Assembly (NCBI GenBank): GCA_964016885.1
Contig: OZ024743.1
Span: 192,386,001-192,450,000 of the forward strand
Source of the DNA: Eledone cirrhosa
Lineage: Eukaryota
Direction: 5' to 3'
DNA length: 64,000 bases
A program made the position numbers and the translations under genes. Positions 25,663-37,882 of this stretch are shown one piece after another. The notes below the pieces were generated by a model that was not told the DNA's origin, made no database searches, and saw only the letters and a list, made by a program, of their open reading frames with translations. Within the stretch, counting starts at the first letter, position 1, and each line of letters opens with the position of its first letter.

Positions 25663-26128
25663 AAGAATGAGAAATTAGAAAGATTAAAGAGATGGGATAC
25701 CAATTTAAAGTATCATAACAGATATTTATCATATATATTATAAATGTTATGATACTTTAAATTAGTATATATCTGCTCCAAATTATTTATTTGTTGAGCT
25801 GCTTGTACTGTAACTGCTACATGACATCTCTTTCTAGCAAACACGATGTCCAGTCCTATTGATATCTGCCGTCACTGTTAAAAATTAATACACACCACGA
25901 GGTATGGATTGACTACTTCTCAGAACATGACAGATGTAAAGGTATTTCGTATTTTATTGGAAATTATAACAAGACAATTTCCTCTAACGATTAGTTCCGC
26001 GTCTTCTGGAACTATACCAAAATCAATAGTTGGTAATCGATTATCGATTGCTTAGATCGATTTTCAATATGGTTCTAGGGATTATGAAACAGCAGCCATA
26101 AGGAAAATAATAACTTTTTTCACCTTAA

Positions 26129-26244
26129 CCCTTTAACATTTAAACAAGCCGTATCTGGCCAGAATTCTCTTACCTCCTTCTGTTCAAACCAGACAAACCT
26201 TTAAAATACAATAGCAAATATAGAGTAATGTAAATGCTAAAGGG
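26129..26244. mobile_element. piggyBac-like MITE, internally deleted copy
   Basis: TTAA-CCCTTTAACATTT...AAATGCTAAAGGG. Confidence 0.7.
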
Positions 26245-26959
26245 TCAAAATTATTATTTATGATGATCAAGTGTTGCTTATTTTCTACATTTGGATTCCT
26301 GCATTTCACACACACATGCACACGTGTGTGTAGCAAAATAATTACTGTGTTAAATTTGTTAAGTTTATGAAAATGCAGTGTATCAACAACCTAAATTAAA
26401 AAAGCTATGATGACACCTAGTGGTATATTAAGCTCAACTTTCTCAGCTTCCTATTCAGGTTTTGGACTTCTAAGAGCCACTGTCTGCTGTAACAGGCTGG
26501 TCACTACAACCACTTACATTGCCATGAGAGGCCATTGCCACAATCTGCATCTCCAAATTTACACACACACACACTCTCTCTCCTCTCATGGGAGTATGGT
26601 TTCTATAGCTGGATGCCCTTCATAACACCAACCTATGTACAGCATGCAATGAAAGTATGGTTTCTACAGCTCGATGTCCTTCCTAACACCGACCACTTTA
26701 CAGCATGTAGAGGGAGTATCGTCAGATTTGATAAAAACAATCATAATACATTGTCTTTTGCATGGAGTAACAAGGAATGTGTTAAAAAAAATATATTGCA
26801 GTTTCCATCTAATGCTATAAAAACTGATGATGAGCCTGTGACCTGTCCATATCCCAAGACCCCAAAGAGCGTCCAAAAGGGAGCAAACATTAACAATTGG
26901 CAACTGTAAAAAAACTAGTGTTACTGGTTAGATTTAGTCAGGGTTTCCTCAACAAAGTT

Positions 26960-27935
26960 CCATGGCTCTGGTACCATAGATTTGGATAAAGGATGGAAAC
27001 TTCATTATTCAGATGTGGTTCCTGACATGATTGCACAAACAGGAGTGAGAATACTCAAAAGTTCCTGGCTGTTGGAATGTATCCCCTGGAAAGGAAGGAT
27101 GCCTCTTGAAGCTTTGGGTGAAAGAAAGGTCTCTGTGGGTGGTGTAAGTTCTTGTGTCAAACAGAAAGTCCAAATACTGATCCTTCCTTGATGAATTCAC
27201 TGCAGCATTAGATGGTTAAGACCATGGACATTTATGAATATCTTCTAATGGAAGACTTTAATGCATATGTTGATACTGATTACCTGACATGGAAGAAATG
27301 ACAATCCCAATCTTAATGTGAATGAAGAGACCTTATTAGACTTCTGTTTTAGTAATGTGCTCTCTATTATGAGCACCTTCCAGTGCAAAGACAATCATGG
27401 TATAAGGGAAATTGGGGCAGAGATCAGTAATGGATATTTTTTTATTGTTTCTGATCTCTTCGATTCTGTGCTAGAAGTTTGTGTTAAGAGAGGGCTGAGT
27501 TTTCAACTGATCTTATTATCTGCAGCTTGAGACTACCTAAAGTCAAGAAAACCTAAAAAACTGGCAGGTTCAGGTCAACCTACAACATAAAGAGGGACGT
27601 GCGAGGGACTAAGTGATGAGGTCAGAACCAGGTATGTGGATACTATTGCATACAAATTCAGAGAACTCCCTCAACAACCTAAGGACGTTGAAATGGAGTG
27701 GAGACTGTTCAGCTTGGCAGTTTCTGCTTCAGCTGTTAAATGCTGCGAGTGAAAGTGACTTGGTGTGGTAGTGGGTGTCAGGAGGAGCCCCTGGTTCAAT
27801 GAGGTGGTTAAAAATGTCATCTGATTAAAGACAGAGGATTAAAGCAGGTGTAAGATTTGCAGTAGAGGCAGTAAAGGTGTCCAAGGTTAAAACATAGGAA
27901 GACTTTAGGGTTAAACTGGAATCTGACTTTAGATC
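26960..27935 (+). mobile_element. Highly decayed LINE ORF2 fragment (endonuclease region)
   Basis: Remnant motifs LLMEDFNAYV, LLDFCFSNVLSIMSTF and PWFNEVVK across broken frames. Confidence 0.6.
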
Positions 27936-29275
27936 CTCCCCTTCTGTTCACCTCTTTAACCCCTCTTTCCTGTGCTTCATCCCCTCCATGCTTTTCCTAA
28001 TTTTCTTGCGCCCCATTTTTTCCCTGCTTTTCTTTTTTTTCACTGCCCCCCCCCCCCTCCCCTGCTCTCCTTGCTCTCTTATTTCTCTCTGTCCTTTCTC
28101 CCCTTTTTTCCTTGACCTCCTTGGTCTCATTTTTCTCCATGCTCTCATTGCTCTCCTTTTCCCCTTGCTCACAATTTTCTCCTGGCTTTCCTTTCTCACT
28201 CTTCCTTTCTCCTTCCTCACTCTTCTTTTTCCTGATTTCCCCCCTCTCTTTCCTGGCTTTATCATCTTTCCCACTTTCTCTCTGCTCTCCTTGCTCTCAT
28301 TTTTCACTCTGCTCTCATTTTTCTCTTTGCTCTCCTTTTTCTCCCTGCCTTCCTTTTTCTCTATGTTCGTCTTTTTCTACTCTCTCTCCTTTTTCTCCCC
28401 CTCCATTGCTCTACTTGCTCTCCTAATATGCTTTGCTCTCCTTTTTTTCCCTGTTCTCCTTGCTCTCTTTGCTCACTTTGCACTCTCAGGCCTTCTTTCA
28501 ACCTCCTCCTTCTTCATCCCCTTCCTCCCTTTCATTCCTTCCTCCTTCCAATACTCCTCTTCTTTGGTGATGATGGTGGTGGTGGTGGTGGTGGTAGTGG
28601 TGATGTGGGGGTGTGGCTGTTGATGATGGTGGTGGGGCGTTGATATCTTCACTTCGTTTGTTTTTTTCGTCTTTTTTTTTAGGGCGAAGGTAGGGAGCTC
28701 TTTCTTTTTTTTCACTCTGACAGTTTTCTGCCCTTCAGTGTCATCACACGCTTTGCCTATTGCACGATATCAGGAAGGGGCATGCTTTCCACTGGTATTG
28801 ATGGCGCTGTTGATGGTAGAGATAGTGTTTCTATTGTTGGTGTTGCTGGTGCTGGTAGTTTTGCCACCACTGCAACCTCATTCTCCCTCATGTTCCCTCT
28901 TTTCCATTATTTCTCCTCTTCCTCCCTTCCGCATTCTCCTCACTTACCCCCCTTTCACCCTCTCTTTCCCCATCTTTATCCCTTTGCAACTATTTCTCCC
29001 TTTCCTAACATTCTTCCTCTTCCTCACTCTCCTGATTTTCCTCCCTCATATTTTCCCATTCTCCCTCTTCCCATCTCTTTCCTCGTCTTTCTAACTATTT
29101 GATGCTTTCCTTCCTTTTCTTCCTCTTTCCTGCCCGTTACCTCATTTTTCCTATTCTTTATCCCTATCTCGTTTTGTCTTTATCTCCTCTCTTTCTCTCT
29201 CTTTACCTCTACTTTACCCTATTCTTTCACCTCTCTGCCCTCTCCTTACCCCTATGCCTTCCATTTCTCCACTTC
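27935..29275 (+). repeat. Two long polypyrimidine low-complexity tracts around a (GGT)n-rich core
   Basis: 27935-28565 and 28880-29275 are almost entirely C/T on the + strand. Confidence 0.9.
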
Positions 29276-30043
29276 TGCCACCGAGTACCCAGTGGTTGTG
29301 GTTAAATCAGGTGGCAGACTAAGTCTACCACAGTACAACAGGATTTGAACTCAAAATCCAAAGAGTTAGAACAACTACCAGAAATCACATCTGACACTCT
29401 AACAATTCTGCTAATACATCACTACTAGACTTCTACTCTATTCATTGCTTGGGGAAACCTGAAATGTAATGTTGACGTTGGTGTTATTTGAACTCATAGT
29501 ATAGAGATCTGGCACAAACAAATATAAAGGAAATTAATTTGAAGTTCTAATGATTCCACCATTTTTGTCTTAATAAATATTAACCATATTGATCTCCCCA
29601 GTTTGGGAAAGTATTCAAAAGTCATGTGTCCTGCCACTGACTTAATGTAATATTGTAATATTGCTAATATTAACATGTTCTTTAAATGTTAAATTACTGA
29701 TATTATATTTAAAGAGTTCTTCATTATTAACCTCAATGACATGTTCAAACTTTGTTCTTTTAGTCACTATAACTACATAATTATTATCTAAAATACTCTG
29801 CATTTAAATGAGCATGCATATTTCATTTTGTATGCTTAAGTGTAATCCAATCTGGTGTATGATGTCCCTTTTATTTAGTCTGATCACTATGCTTGCCAAG
29901 TTAAATATACATATGTGCAAATATTAGTGGTACAGGCATGTGTAGCTTAGAATTTTGCTTTGCAACCACATGGCTTTGGGTTCAATTTCACTGCATAGCA
30001 CCATGAGCAACTGTAATGTACATTTATACTGTCTTGAGTTAGC

Positions 30044-30322
30044 TTCTTCTTCTTTTCGTATCTTTGAAGCATGTGGTTATATGACAGTTTCCCATTTCTT
30101 TACACAGTCCTTTGCATTATTATTAAATTCTGTGAGATCTTTTAAACTGCACTGGTTGGGTAGTAGAGGGCAAACAAGGCAGTGTTGCATTGTATGGTCC
30201 TCCTCTCCGCATTCGCAGATGGTTGGGCCGGTCTTGTAGCCCCATCTGGCCATAGCAGCTTTCGATCGCCCCATTCCTGTTCTCAGATGGTTGAGTGTCT
30301 TCCACCGGACCCATGGTGCTTC
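30044..30322 (-). mobile_element. 3' end of an Ingi/Vingi-like LINE
   Basis: GRSKAAMARWGY..CECGEEDHTMQHCLVCP..C..DL knuckle, stop codon, then an ACGAAAAGAAGAAGAAG tail. Confidence 0.7.
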
Positions 30323-30392
30323 TGAGGGTTAGCTATTGTGTTGTGAGTGAAATTTGGTAGGTAGACAAAACTGTGTAGGAGCCAATTGTGTG

Positions 30393-30423
<31 letters not shown>

Positions 30424-30437
30424 AGTAATAATCTTTA

Positions 30438-30615
30438 TCATCATCTTCGTTTAACATCCATTTTTCATGCTAGCATGGGTAGGACAGGCTGTCCCATTGT
30501 GAGATCAGGTTGGAGGACCATGTTTCGCTCACACAGAACTGATTTTTGCTTGGCTTCTACAGCTGGATGTCCTTCCTAACACTAACCACATTTATACTGT
30601 GTGCTGGGTGCTTTT
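30438..30615. mobile_element. Short RTE-3'-end-related dispersed repeat
   Basis: CATCATC..TTTAAC.TCC.TTTT.CATGCTAGCATGGG...CTACAGCTGGATG.CCTTCCTAAC. Related copies near 33930, 35265, 37222, 40900, 44050, 47420, 56920 and 63020. Confidence 0.75.
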
Positions 30616-31627
30616 TGTTGTGATGATGATGATATATGTAAGGACAATGAATTGGACAAAATGCTTTGTGGTATTTTTTCTGGCTCTCTGTGCTCTGAGT
30701 TCAAATCCTACTGAGGTCGACTTTGTCTTTTGTCCTTCTGAGATTGATAAAAAAGAACCAGTCCAGGACTGGGGTTGATTCTGTAGTGACCTGCATTCTG
30801 ATGGCTCTTGAATACATTCTCCATACGTTGTTTGGCTCAGTTCAGCCAATCGCTATCAGCGTAAGAGAATGTATTTCAACTTCCGTCGAAAGGGAAAAAT
30901 TCTCGCTTCGCTTCAAAAATCTCCCTCTTTGAATCTCGTCACCAGAAGGTAAACATCTCTTGATTTTGCTCAACAAACTTTCCAAAATGTAGCTATCGAA
31001 CAATTACCGCACCATGGCTTCTAATTTCAGTCACCGGTCTGCGTATTCTTTTACAGCATCTTAATTTGTTTTATTTCATTTCTTATGACATGTCTTAACA
31101 GCTAACTCAACTTCTCATCTTTGAAAATAAATTATATATCAAAAAACGTTGTAATGCCTTATGATGATATTTTCCACAACATTCCCTTGGACAGCTTCAG
31201 TTACTCTCTGTGATACAATACACAAACAATACATACATTCTCAACAATACATACAGTATATCATCTATTAACTCTCTCAATTAACTCACAACCAAAATAC
31301 ACATTCTAAATTGGTGAACATCCTACAAAAATACCTATTTCAAAAATTCTTTCTCTGTATTTTTCCTTCTTCTTCTCTTTCTCTGGGAGAAATAAACTGT
31401 GTTCATACTTGGAGGATGGGCTCCACTAGGCTTTAAAAATACCCCAAACAGCACCCCTATGACTCCATACATGCCTTGTTTATGGATTTTGTTATTTACT
31501 AGGACATGTGTTTTGATGCATAGAATCAATAATATTACTGTAATTCATTGTTTTGTTGGGCTTCTGCTACTGATTGAATTTCAAGCTTCTTAAAAGTAGT
31601 ATCTATGTAATAGTTGTCCACATAAAT

Positions 31628-31838
31628 TTAACTTTAAACCAGCCATAACTAACCAAAATTCTCTCACCTCTTTCTGTGCAAACTGGCCATAACTGGCCTA
31701 CTGAAGTTAAGGTATTGTTCTCAAAATAAATAACATCAAAATCTCATAGATTCAATATTATGTGAGATAATTGTGTGAGATAAAGTGTTTACTGTGAAAA
31801 TACAATAGTAAATATAGAGTAATGTAAATGCTAAAGGG
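31628..31838. mobile_element. piggyBac-like MITE (left TIR damaged)
   Basis: Body and right TIR AAATGCTAAAGGG-TTAA match the family. Confidence 0.7.
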
Positions 31839-32958
31839 TTAAAAATATGGTCTAAAAGATTTGAGTAAAGGAGCAAATGTAAAATTTATAAGAACTCTTA
31901 TAAATTTTACACTTGCTCTTTTACTCGTTTCCATCAAACTTAACTAACCAGCTTAATGCAATCAATTTATATCTCATAATAACTGTATATTATCATAGGA
32001 AATACATCTATGCGTATGCCAGTACCTACTGTAATACTATTCATATGGCTGATACCTGCTCAGCATGTTTTGCATCACAACTCTCCAATCAGATTATTTT
32101 CATATTTATGATTAAAGTTACATTCATCACAGGAGTGTTATGGTACAGTATATCAATGCTCTATTTTCATTTATAATTATACAAATTTAGACAGTGAGGT
32201 TGGCTAGTGTTTCCCCACCAGAGTTGTTTCTCAAACATGTTTCTCACCATGTAAACAGATATTGAGACAAGTGGTGACATGTGTTTATAGTATTTGGAAA
32301 TAAAGAAAATATAAAGGTTGCAGGCTTGCAGCACATCTTGTGCATATGTTTTAGTAATGATGTAGCACCCATCAACAGATGTGTAGTGCTCAGTATTATA
32401 TGGTAATTCCGCTATATGTACCAAGCATTCCAGCTATAGGGTAGACTACAATAAGGTAGGCATATGGTTGGGTAAATTTTTAGTTTCAGACGTGTTTGCA
32501 ATAATATAAATTTGCCTTAAATTCTTGACAATTTTGTAAGTGTTATTTCTATATACAGGGTGATACCTTGACCCACAAATGGTGACCTGTTATCCACGAA
32601 ATATTAGGATTGAGTTTATCCGAGGTCTAGGGAGAATTCCAGATTTTTGGGGCCAAAAATAAGGAGTCAACTTTTACATGAGATTAACTATTACTCAAGT
32701 ATATATGGTATTCATAAATTTTTCCTTACACAAATGAGCCAAAAAACAACCCACAAAAAATACAATAGCCCTGCTACACAAAATTAAAATGAAAACCACA
32801 ACAGAAAAACCTTCTGTACCAGAAACATTTCAACGGAAATCATAGCCCACACAGTATCACGATACAATAGATAATGCTCCCTTACACAACCCTAACCAAT
32901 GATTAAATACAATGAGCCTGCAAGTCTAACCCCTAATTAGCAGGGTAGATGGCCTTAA

Positions 32959-33163
32959 CCCTTTAGTAAAACTGGCCGTATCCGGCTAGAATTCTCTCAC
33001 CTTTTTCTATTCAAACCGACTGTAACCAGCCACTCACCTTGATGTTAAGGTATTGTTCTCAAAATAAATGATATCAAAATCTCATAGATGCGATATTATG
33101 TGAGATAAAGCCATTTCCATGAAAATGTAATGGTAAATAGAGAGTAATGTAAATGCTAAAGGG
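32959..33163. mobile_element. piggyBac-like MITE
   Basis: TTAA-CCCTTTAG...CTAAAGGG-TTAA. Confidence 0.8.
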
Positions 33164-33313
33164 TTAAAATACTTTTGTTGTTAAAAATATTTTGCTTCAA
33201 AAAGGTTTGAAACTAAGGATGGCTGAGTATTAGTCTGTAATTAATATATCTTTCTTACTTGATACTCTATTTTTACAGAGTGAAAGAGGTAGTATATAGT
33301 ATTCATGCTTTAA

Positions 33314-33523
33314 CCCTTTAATGTTCAAACCGGCCAAAATTCTCTACCTCTTTCCGTTGAAACTGGCTGTAACTGGTCGCTCAAACTGATATTAAGGTAT
33401 TGTTCTCAAAATAAATACTTTCAAAATCTCATAGATTCGATATTATGTGAGATAATTATGTGAGGTAAAGCCTTTACCATGAAAATATAATAGTATATAT
33501 AAAATAATGTGAATGCTAAAGGG
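33314..33523. mobile_element. piggyBac-like MITE
   Basis: TTAA-CCCTTTA...CTAAAGGG-TTAA. Confidence 0.8.
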
Positions 33524-34077
33524 TTAACCCAAAATAATTTACAGTATGAAGTTGCAGCATTCAACTAGGAATTCAGTTACATCAGTTCTGGCTTGTTTGA
33601 GGTTTATGTATTGATTTACACTGCTTGCCTAATTAGCATACATGGTTGATGTATTTGTATTGAATTTTAATACAAACTAAGTAAAAGCTGTGAATCGTAT
33701 AGATGCATATGGAAACATTAGCATATATATGACGTTTCATATTTATTTAGTATAATGACTAAAGGAACAGCTTCGTTTTCTTACAATACATAACATGTAA
33801 TAATCTTTTACTTAAGATTCCTGCAGTTTCTCCCACCAAGCTATGAAATCAATCACATACAGATTTTCAAGGACTCCTTAAAAATAGATATGATGTAGAA
33901 ACCTATGTATACATGTTACATATATACCATCATCACCATTTTCCATCTATTTTCCATGCTTGCATATGTTAAACAGGTTGACGAGTCAGATGATCATGTC
34001 AAGTTCATACATAACCATTCTGGCATGGTTTCTACAACTGGATGCCCTTCTTAATGCCAATCACTTAACAATATGGC

Positions 34078-34848
34078 TTGGGAGCATTTTACCTTGGCAC
34101 TAGCACTACCACTTTACAGAGTAGGCAGGGTGCATTTTACCTTGGCACTAGCACTACCACTTTACAGAGTAGGCAGGGTGCATTTTATCTTGACACTAGC
34201 ACTACCACTTTACAGAGTAGGCTGGGTGCATTTTATCTTGGCACTAGCACTACCACTTTACAGAGTAGGCAGGGTGCATTTTACCTTGGCACTAGCACTA
34301 CCACTTTACAGAGTAGGCAGGGTGCATTTTACCTTGGCACTAGACTACCACTTTACAGAGTAGGCAGGGTGCATTTTACCTTGGCACTAGCACTACCACT
34401 TTACAGAGTAGGCAGGGTGCATTTTACCTTGACACTAGCACTACCACTTTACAGAGTAGGCAGGGTGTGTTTTATCTTGACACTAGCACTACCACTTTAC
34501 AGAGTAGGCTGGATGCATTTTATCTTGGCACTAACCTTACCACTTTACAGAGTAGGCAGGGTGCATTTTACCTTGGCACTAGCACTACCACTTTACAAAG
34601 TAGGCTGGATGCATTTTATCTTGGCACTAACCTTACCACTTTACAGAGTAGGCAGAGTGCATTTTACCTTAGCACTACCACTTTACAGAGTAGGCTGGGT
34701 GCATTTTACCTTGGCACTACCACTTTACAGAGTAGACAGAGTGCATTTTACCTTGGCACTAGCACTACCACTTTACAGAGTAGACAGGGTGCATTTTATC
34801 TTGGCACTAGTACTACCACTTTACAGAGTAGGTTGAGTGCATTTTATT
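34078..34848 (+). repeat. 48-bp minisatellite, about 16 copies
   Basis: Unit GTGCATTTTACCTTGGCACTAGCACTACCACTTTACAGAGTAGGCAGG; related arrays in the opposite orientation at 43775-44035 and 61140-61490. Confidence 0.95.
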
Positions 34849-35010
34849 TATGAAACACACATAGTTTCAAAAATGCAAACGTGATTTAGGCAGTGTATTT
34901 CTTTAATATTTATTTTTATTTTCCTAGCATGGGCGTAGTTGAACATATCATCATCATTATTTAACTTGTTTTCCATGCTTGGATGGGATTGATATGTATC
35001 ACATTCACAG

Positions 35011-35060
<50 letters not shown>

Positions 35061-35062
<2 letters not shown>

Positions 35063-35213
35063 CACTTACAACAGTGACATATACAGGTACTTAAGTTTCG
35101 TTGGGTTCTTTATCCGAACTCATTCAGCCTGACATAAGAAAAAAAAAAGCTGAATGAGTTAGAATAAACAACCCAACGAAACTTAAGTACCTGCATATGT
35201 AACTGTTGTGATT
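35061..35213. repeat. Fold-back element C (about 150 bp) within (TA)n, HHR motif in each arm
   Basis: 35061-35128 pairs with 35149-35213 around an A-rich loop. Confidence 0.9.
35084..35131 (-). ncRNA. Minimal HHR with CTGAATGA core
   Basis: Minus strand CAGG-CTGAATGA-GTTCGG..CCCAAC-GAAA-CTTAAG-TA-CCTG. Confidence 0.7.
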
Positions 35214-35519
35214 ATATATAACTCATCCTACAGACTGATGTATATATATATATATATATATATATCATCATTTCCATTTAGCGTCAATTCTTCCATGCTT
35301 GCATGGGTTAGACGGGTCGTCCATGCCAAGGAGCAAGTTTGGCCATGGTTGGCCTTACTCTGGTGAGGACTATATATATATATATATATATATTTATTAT
35401 AAAAACAGATTAAAGTTTAAGCAAAGAATCGCTGTTTTCACCCTTAACGGGATTTTAGTCTTCACATTTATTATTACTATATATATAAATATATATATAT
35501 ATATACATATATAAATGTA

Positions 35520-37787
35520 TAGTTTAATAAATAAACAGAGAACAAAAAACAGAAAAACGAATAGGCAGTACAAATGATATTAGTATTAGTTTCACGCTTG
35601 ATATTTATATAAATATATATATAAGGAAAAAAGATGAAATCAAAAATGCAACTGGAGTCTTTTTTTTTTAAATATATTTATTTGGTACCTTAACCGGTTT
35701 CGCAGTTCTTGTGCTTTTCAAAAGTAGAATTGAGATGGAGGGTTTGTGGTTTTTCTCACATCTGGTTGGTGTTCGAATGTTACTTCTGTTTTATATGGAA
35801 AAGAGTGGCTCGAAATGCTAGATTTTTAGAAAAGTAATTTGGTTGGTTGATGACTGTCATGTGAATAAGTATAATAAATTTCGCGCCAGTTCGCATTACA
35901 AAGTTCTTATTATATTTGCTTTCAAAAAAAGGGGGCTCAGATTGTTTTTTCATATATGAGTGAAATTTGGTTGGTTGATGCAGTCACAACAATAAGCACA
36001 TCAGCTTTCGTGCCAGTTTGTGTTTGAATTTCTTTTTACTTAAAAAAAGTGGCTCACAAAGGATTTTTTTATAAATGTAATTTGATTGGTTATAAATGAA
36101 ATTATGACTGTCACGTGAACAAGTACATTAAATGTCGCACCTGTATTTTGGAATTTCTTTTGTAGCCATTTAGAGAATTTTGTGCCAAACAAAAGATAAT
36201 GGTCAAGAAAAACGGGATGGGGAGAATTGTTCTGGTGTCAAAATTCAGACTTTCTATTGAAATAAAGAAAGTAGAGATATGTATGTTTATTTGTGTGCTG
36301 GGGTGTGTGTGTGTAGGAAGATGATTCTATGAGTAGAAATGGGGGAGGGAGTTGTGTATGGGTGTTATATGTGTGTGTATGTGTGTGTGGGAGTATGGTT
36401 AGCATGTTAAGATGGAGAGAATATATATTTGTGTGTGTGTAGGAAAATGATTCCGTTAGTAGAAATGGGGGAGGGAGTTATGTGTGTGTGGGGGGTATGG
36501 TTAGCATGTTAAGGTGTTAGAGTATTAACGTATATTAAGGTTTATTTAGCTCTGGTTTTTATTTTCGAATATAGGTGTTATGTGTGTGTTTGGATGGTTA
36601 GCATGTTATGGTGTTGACATAATGTATATTAAACTATATTTAATGCTGGTCTATATTTTTGAATAAACATATTTTCCTTATTTATTCGTATTTGTTCTGT
36701 TGTATTGTCAGCGCAAAGATAAAATGGGAAGACTTGGAATTTGGGTGTCTTATTACTTGCGCATATATCTAGATGTGCACTGAGTGGTATCTGTCTTTTG
36801 GTAGGGTCTCGTAATTGTTGGCGATGAATTGTCATTCTGTTTCTGAGTGTGAGTTTAGTTTGTCCTATATTATCTTCATTGCAACCTTTACATTTAATGG
36901 CATAAATTAAATTTTTTGATGAGCAAATGAAGTGATTTTTTACAACAAAATTTTGTCCTGATTGAAATGTATACATGTTGCCTTCAATGAGGTGAGTGCA
37001 AGTACCATAATTAGAGCGACCACATTTTTTGACAGTTGGTTGTGGGTTTGTGGTAGGTAATTTGGCATTGGTGAGTAATGTTTTAATGATTTCGGTTGTC
37101 TTTTGCTTTTGATTATTTTGTGTTTCAAGGGCTTTTTTCATTCTTGGGTCTTGTTTCAATAGTGGGATGTTCTTGTGAATAATGTTGTAGGCTTCCGCAT
37201 TTCTTGGGTTGTGTGTTGAGATATCATCATCATCATCACCGTTTTACGTCCGTTCTTCCACGCTAGCATGGGTTAGACGGGTTGTCCTGTTGTGGGCAGT
37301 GTCTGGTCGGCTGACCATGCCTTGCTCATATAGGAACTGATTTGGCTTGATTTCTACAGCTGGATGCCCTTCCTAACACCAACCTCATTTACAGTGAGTG
37401 CTGGGTGCTTTTTCGTGGCACCTACACGTCCACTTTACAGTGTGGGCTGGGTGCTTTTTGGACGTACCTTGAATTTGTTTCTGTTTTCGTAATTCATCAA
37501 TGCCTATTGCTTTAGCCCTTTCTATTCCATTATTTGTTAGTAATGGTGGGTACTGTCTTTCGAGCTGAATTTCCTTTAATTCGTGAAGTCTTTTATTTTG
37601 CGTTTCATAATTGGAGACAATTGTGCAACATTCGAACACCAACCAGATGTGAGAAAAACCACAAACCCTCCATCTCAACTCTACTTTTGAAAAGCACAAG
37701 AACTGCGAAACCGGTAAAGGAACCAAATAAATATATTTTTAAAAAAAGACTCTAGTTGCATTTTCGATTTCATCTTTTTTCCTTATA
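35520..37787 (-). mobile_element. Second Penelope-like element, 5'-truncated, with an inverted copy of its 3' end
   Basis: GIY-YIG ORF on the minus strand; 35622-35781 is inverted at 37628-37787; interrupted by an RTE-related repeat at 37222-37468. Confidence 0.85.
36629..37159 (-). pseudogene. PLE GIY-YIG endonuclease domain
   Basis: CSSKNLIYAIKCKGCNEDNIGQTKLTLRNRMTIHR...KENMFIQKYRPALN; YIG is mutated to NIG. Confidence 0.85.
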
Positions 37788-37843
37788 CTTTCACTTGTGT
37801 AGGACACCTCATTTTTTTTCATTTTGTAAAAAAACCTCACTTT

Positions 37844-37882
<39 letters not shown>

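Noticed and set aside
27948-29305. Long hydrophobic or Lys/Arg-rich ORFs
   Set aside because: Artefacts of stop-poor polypyrimidine tracts; no domain or splice support.
30845-31045. CpG-containing unique-looking segment with Cys/Trp-rich translation
   Set aside because: Stops in the minus-strand frames I read and no recognisable family.
34073-34853. 252-aa repetitive ORF; possible CRISPR-like array
   Set aside because: Contiguous 48-bp tandem units without unique spacers; eukaryotic minisatellite.
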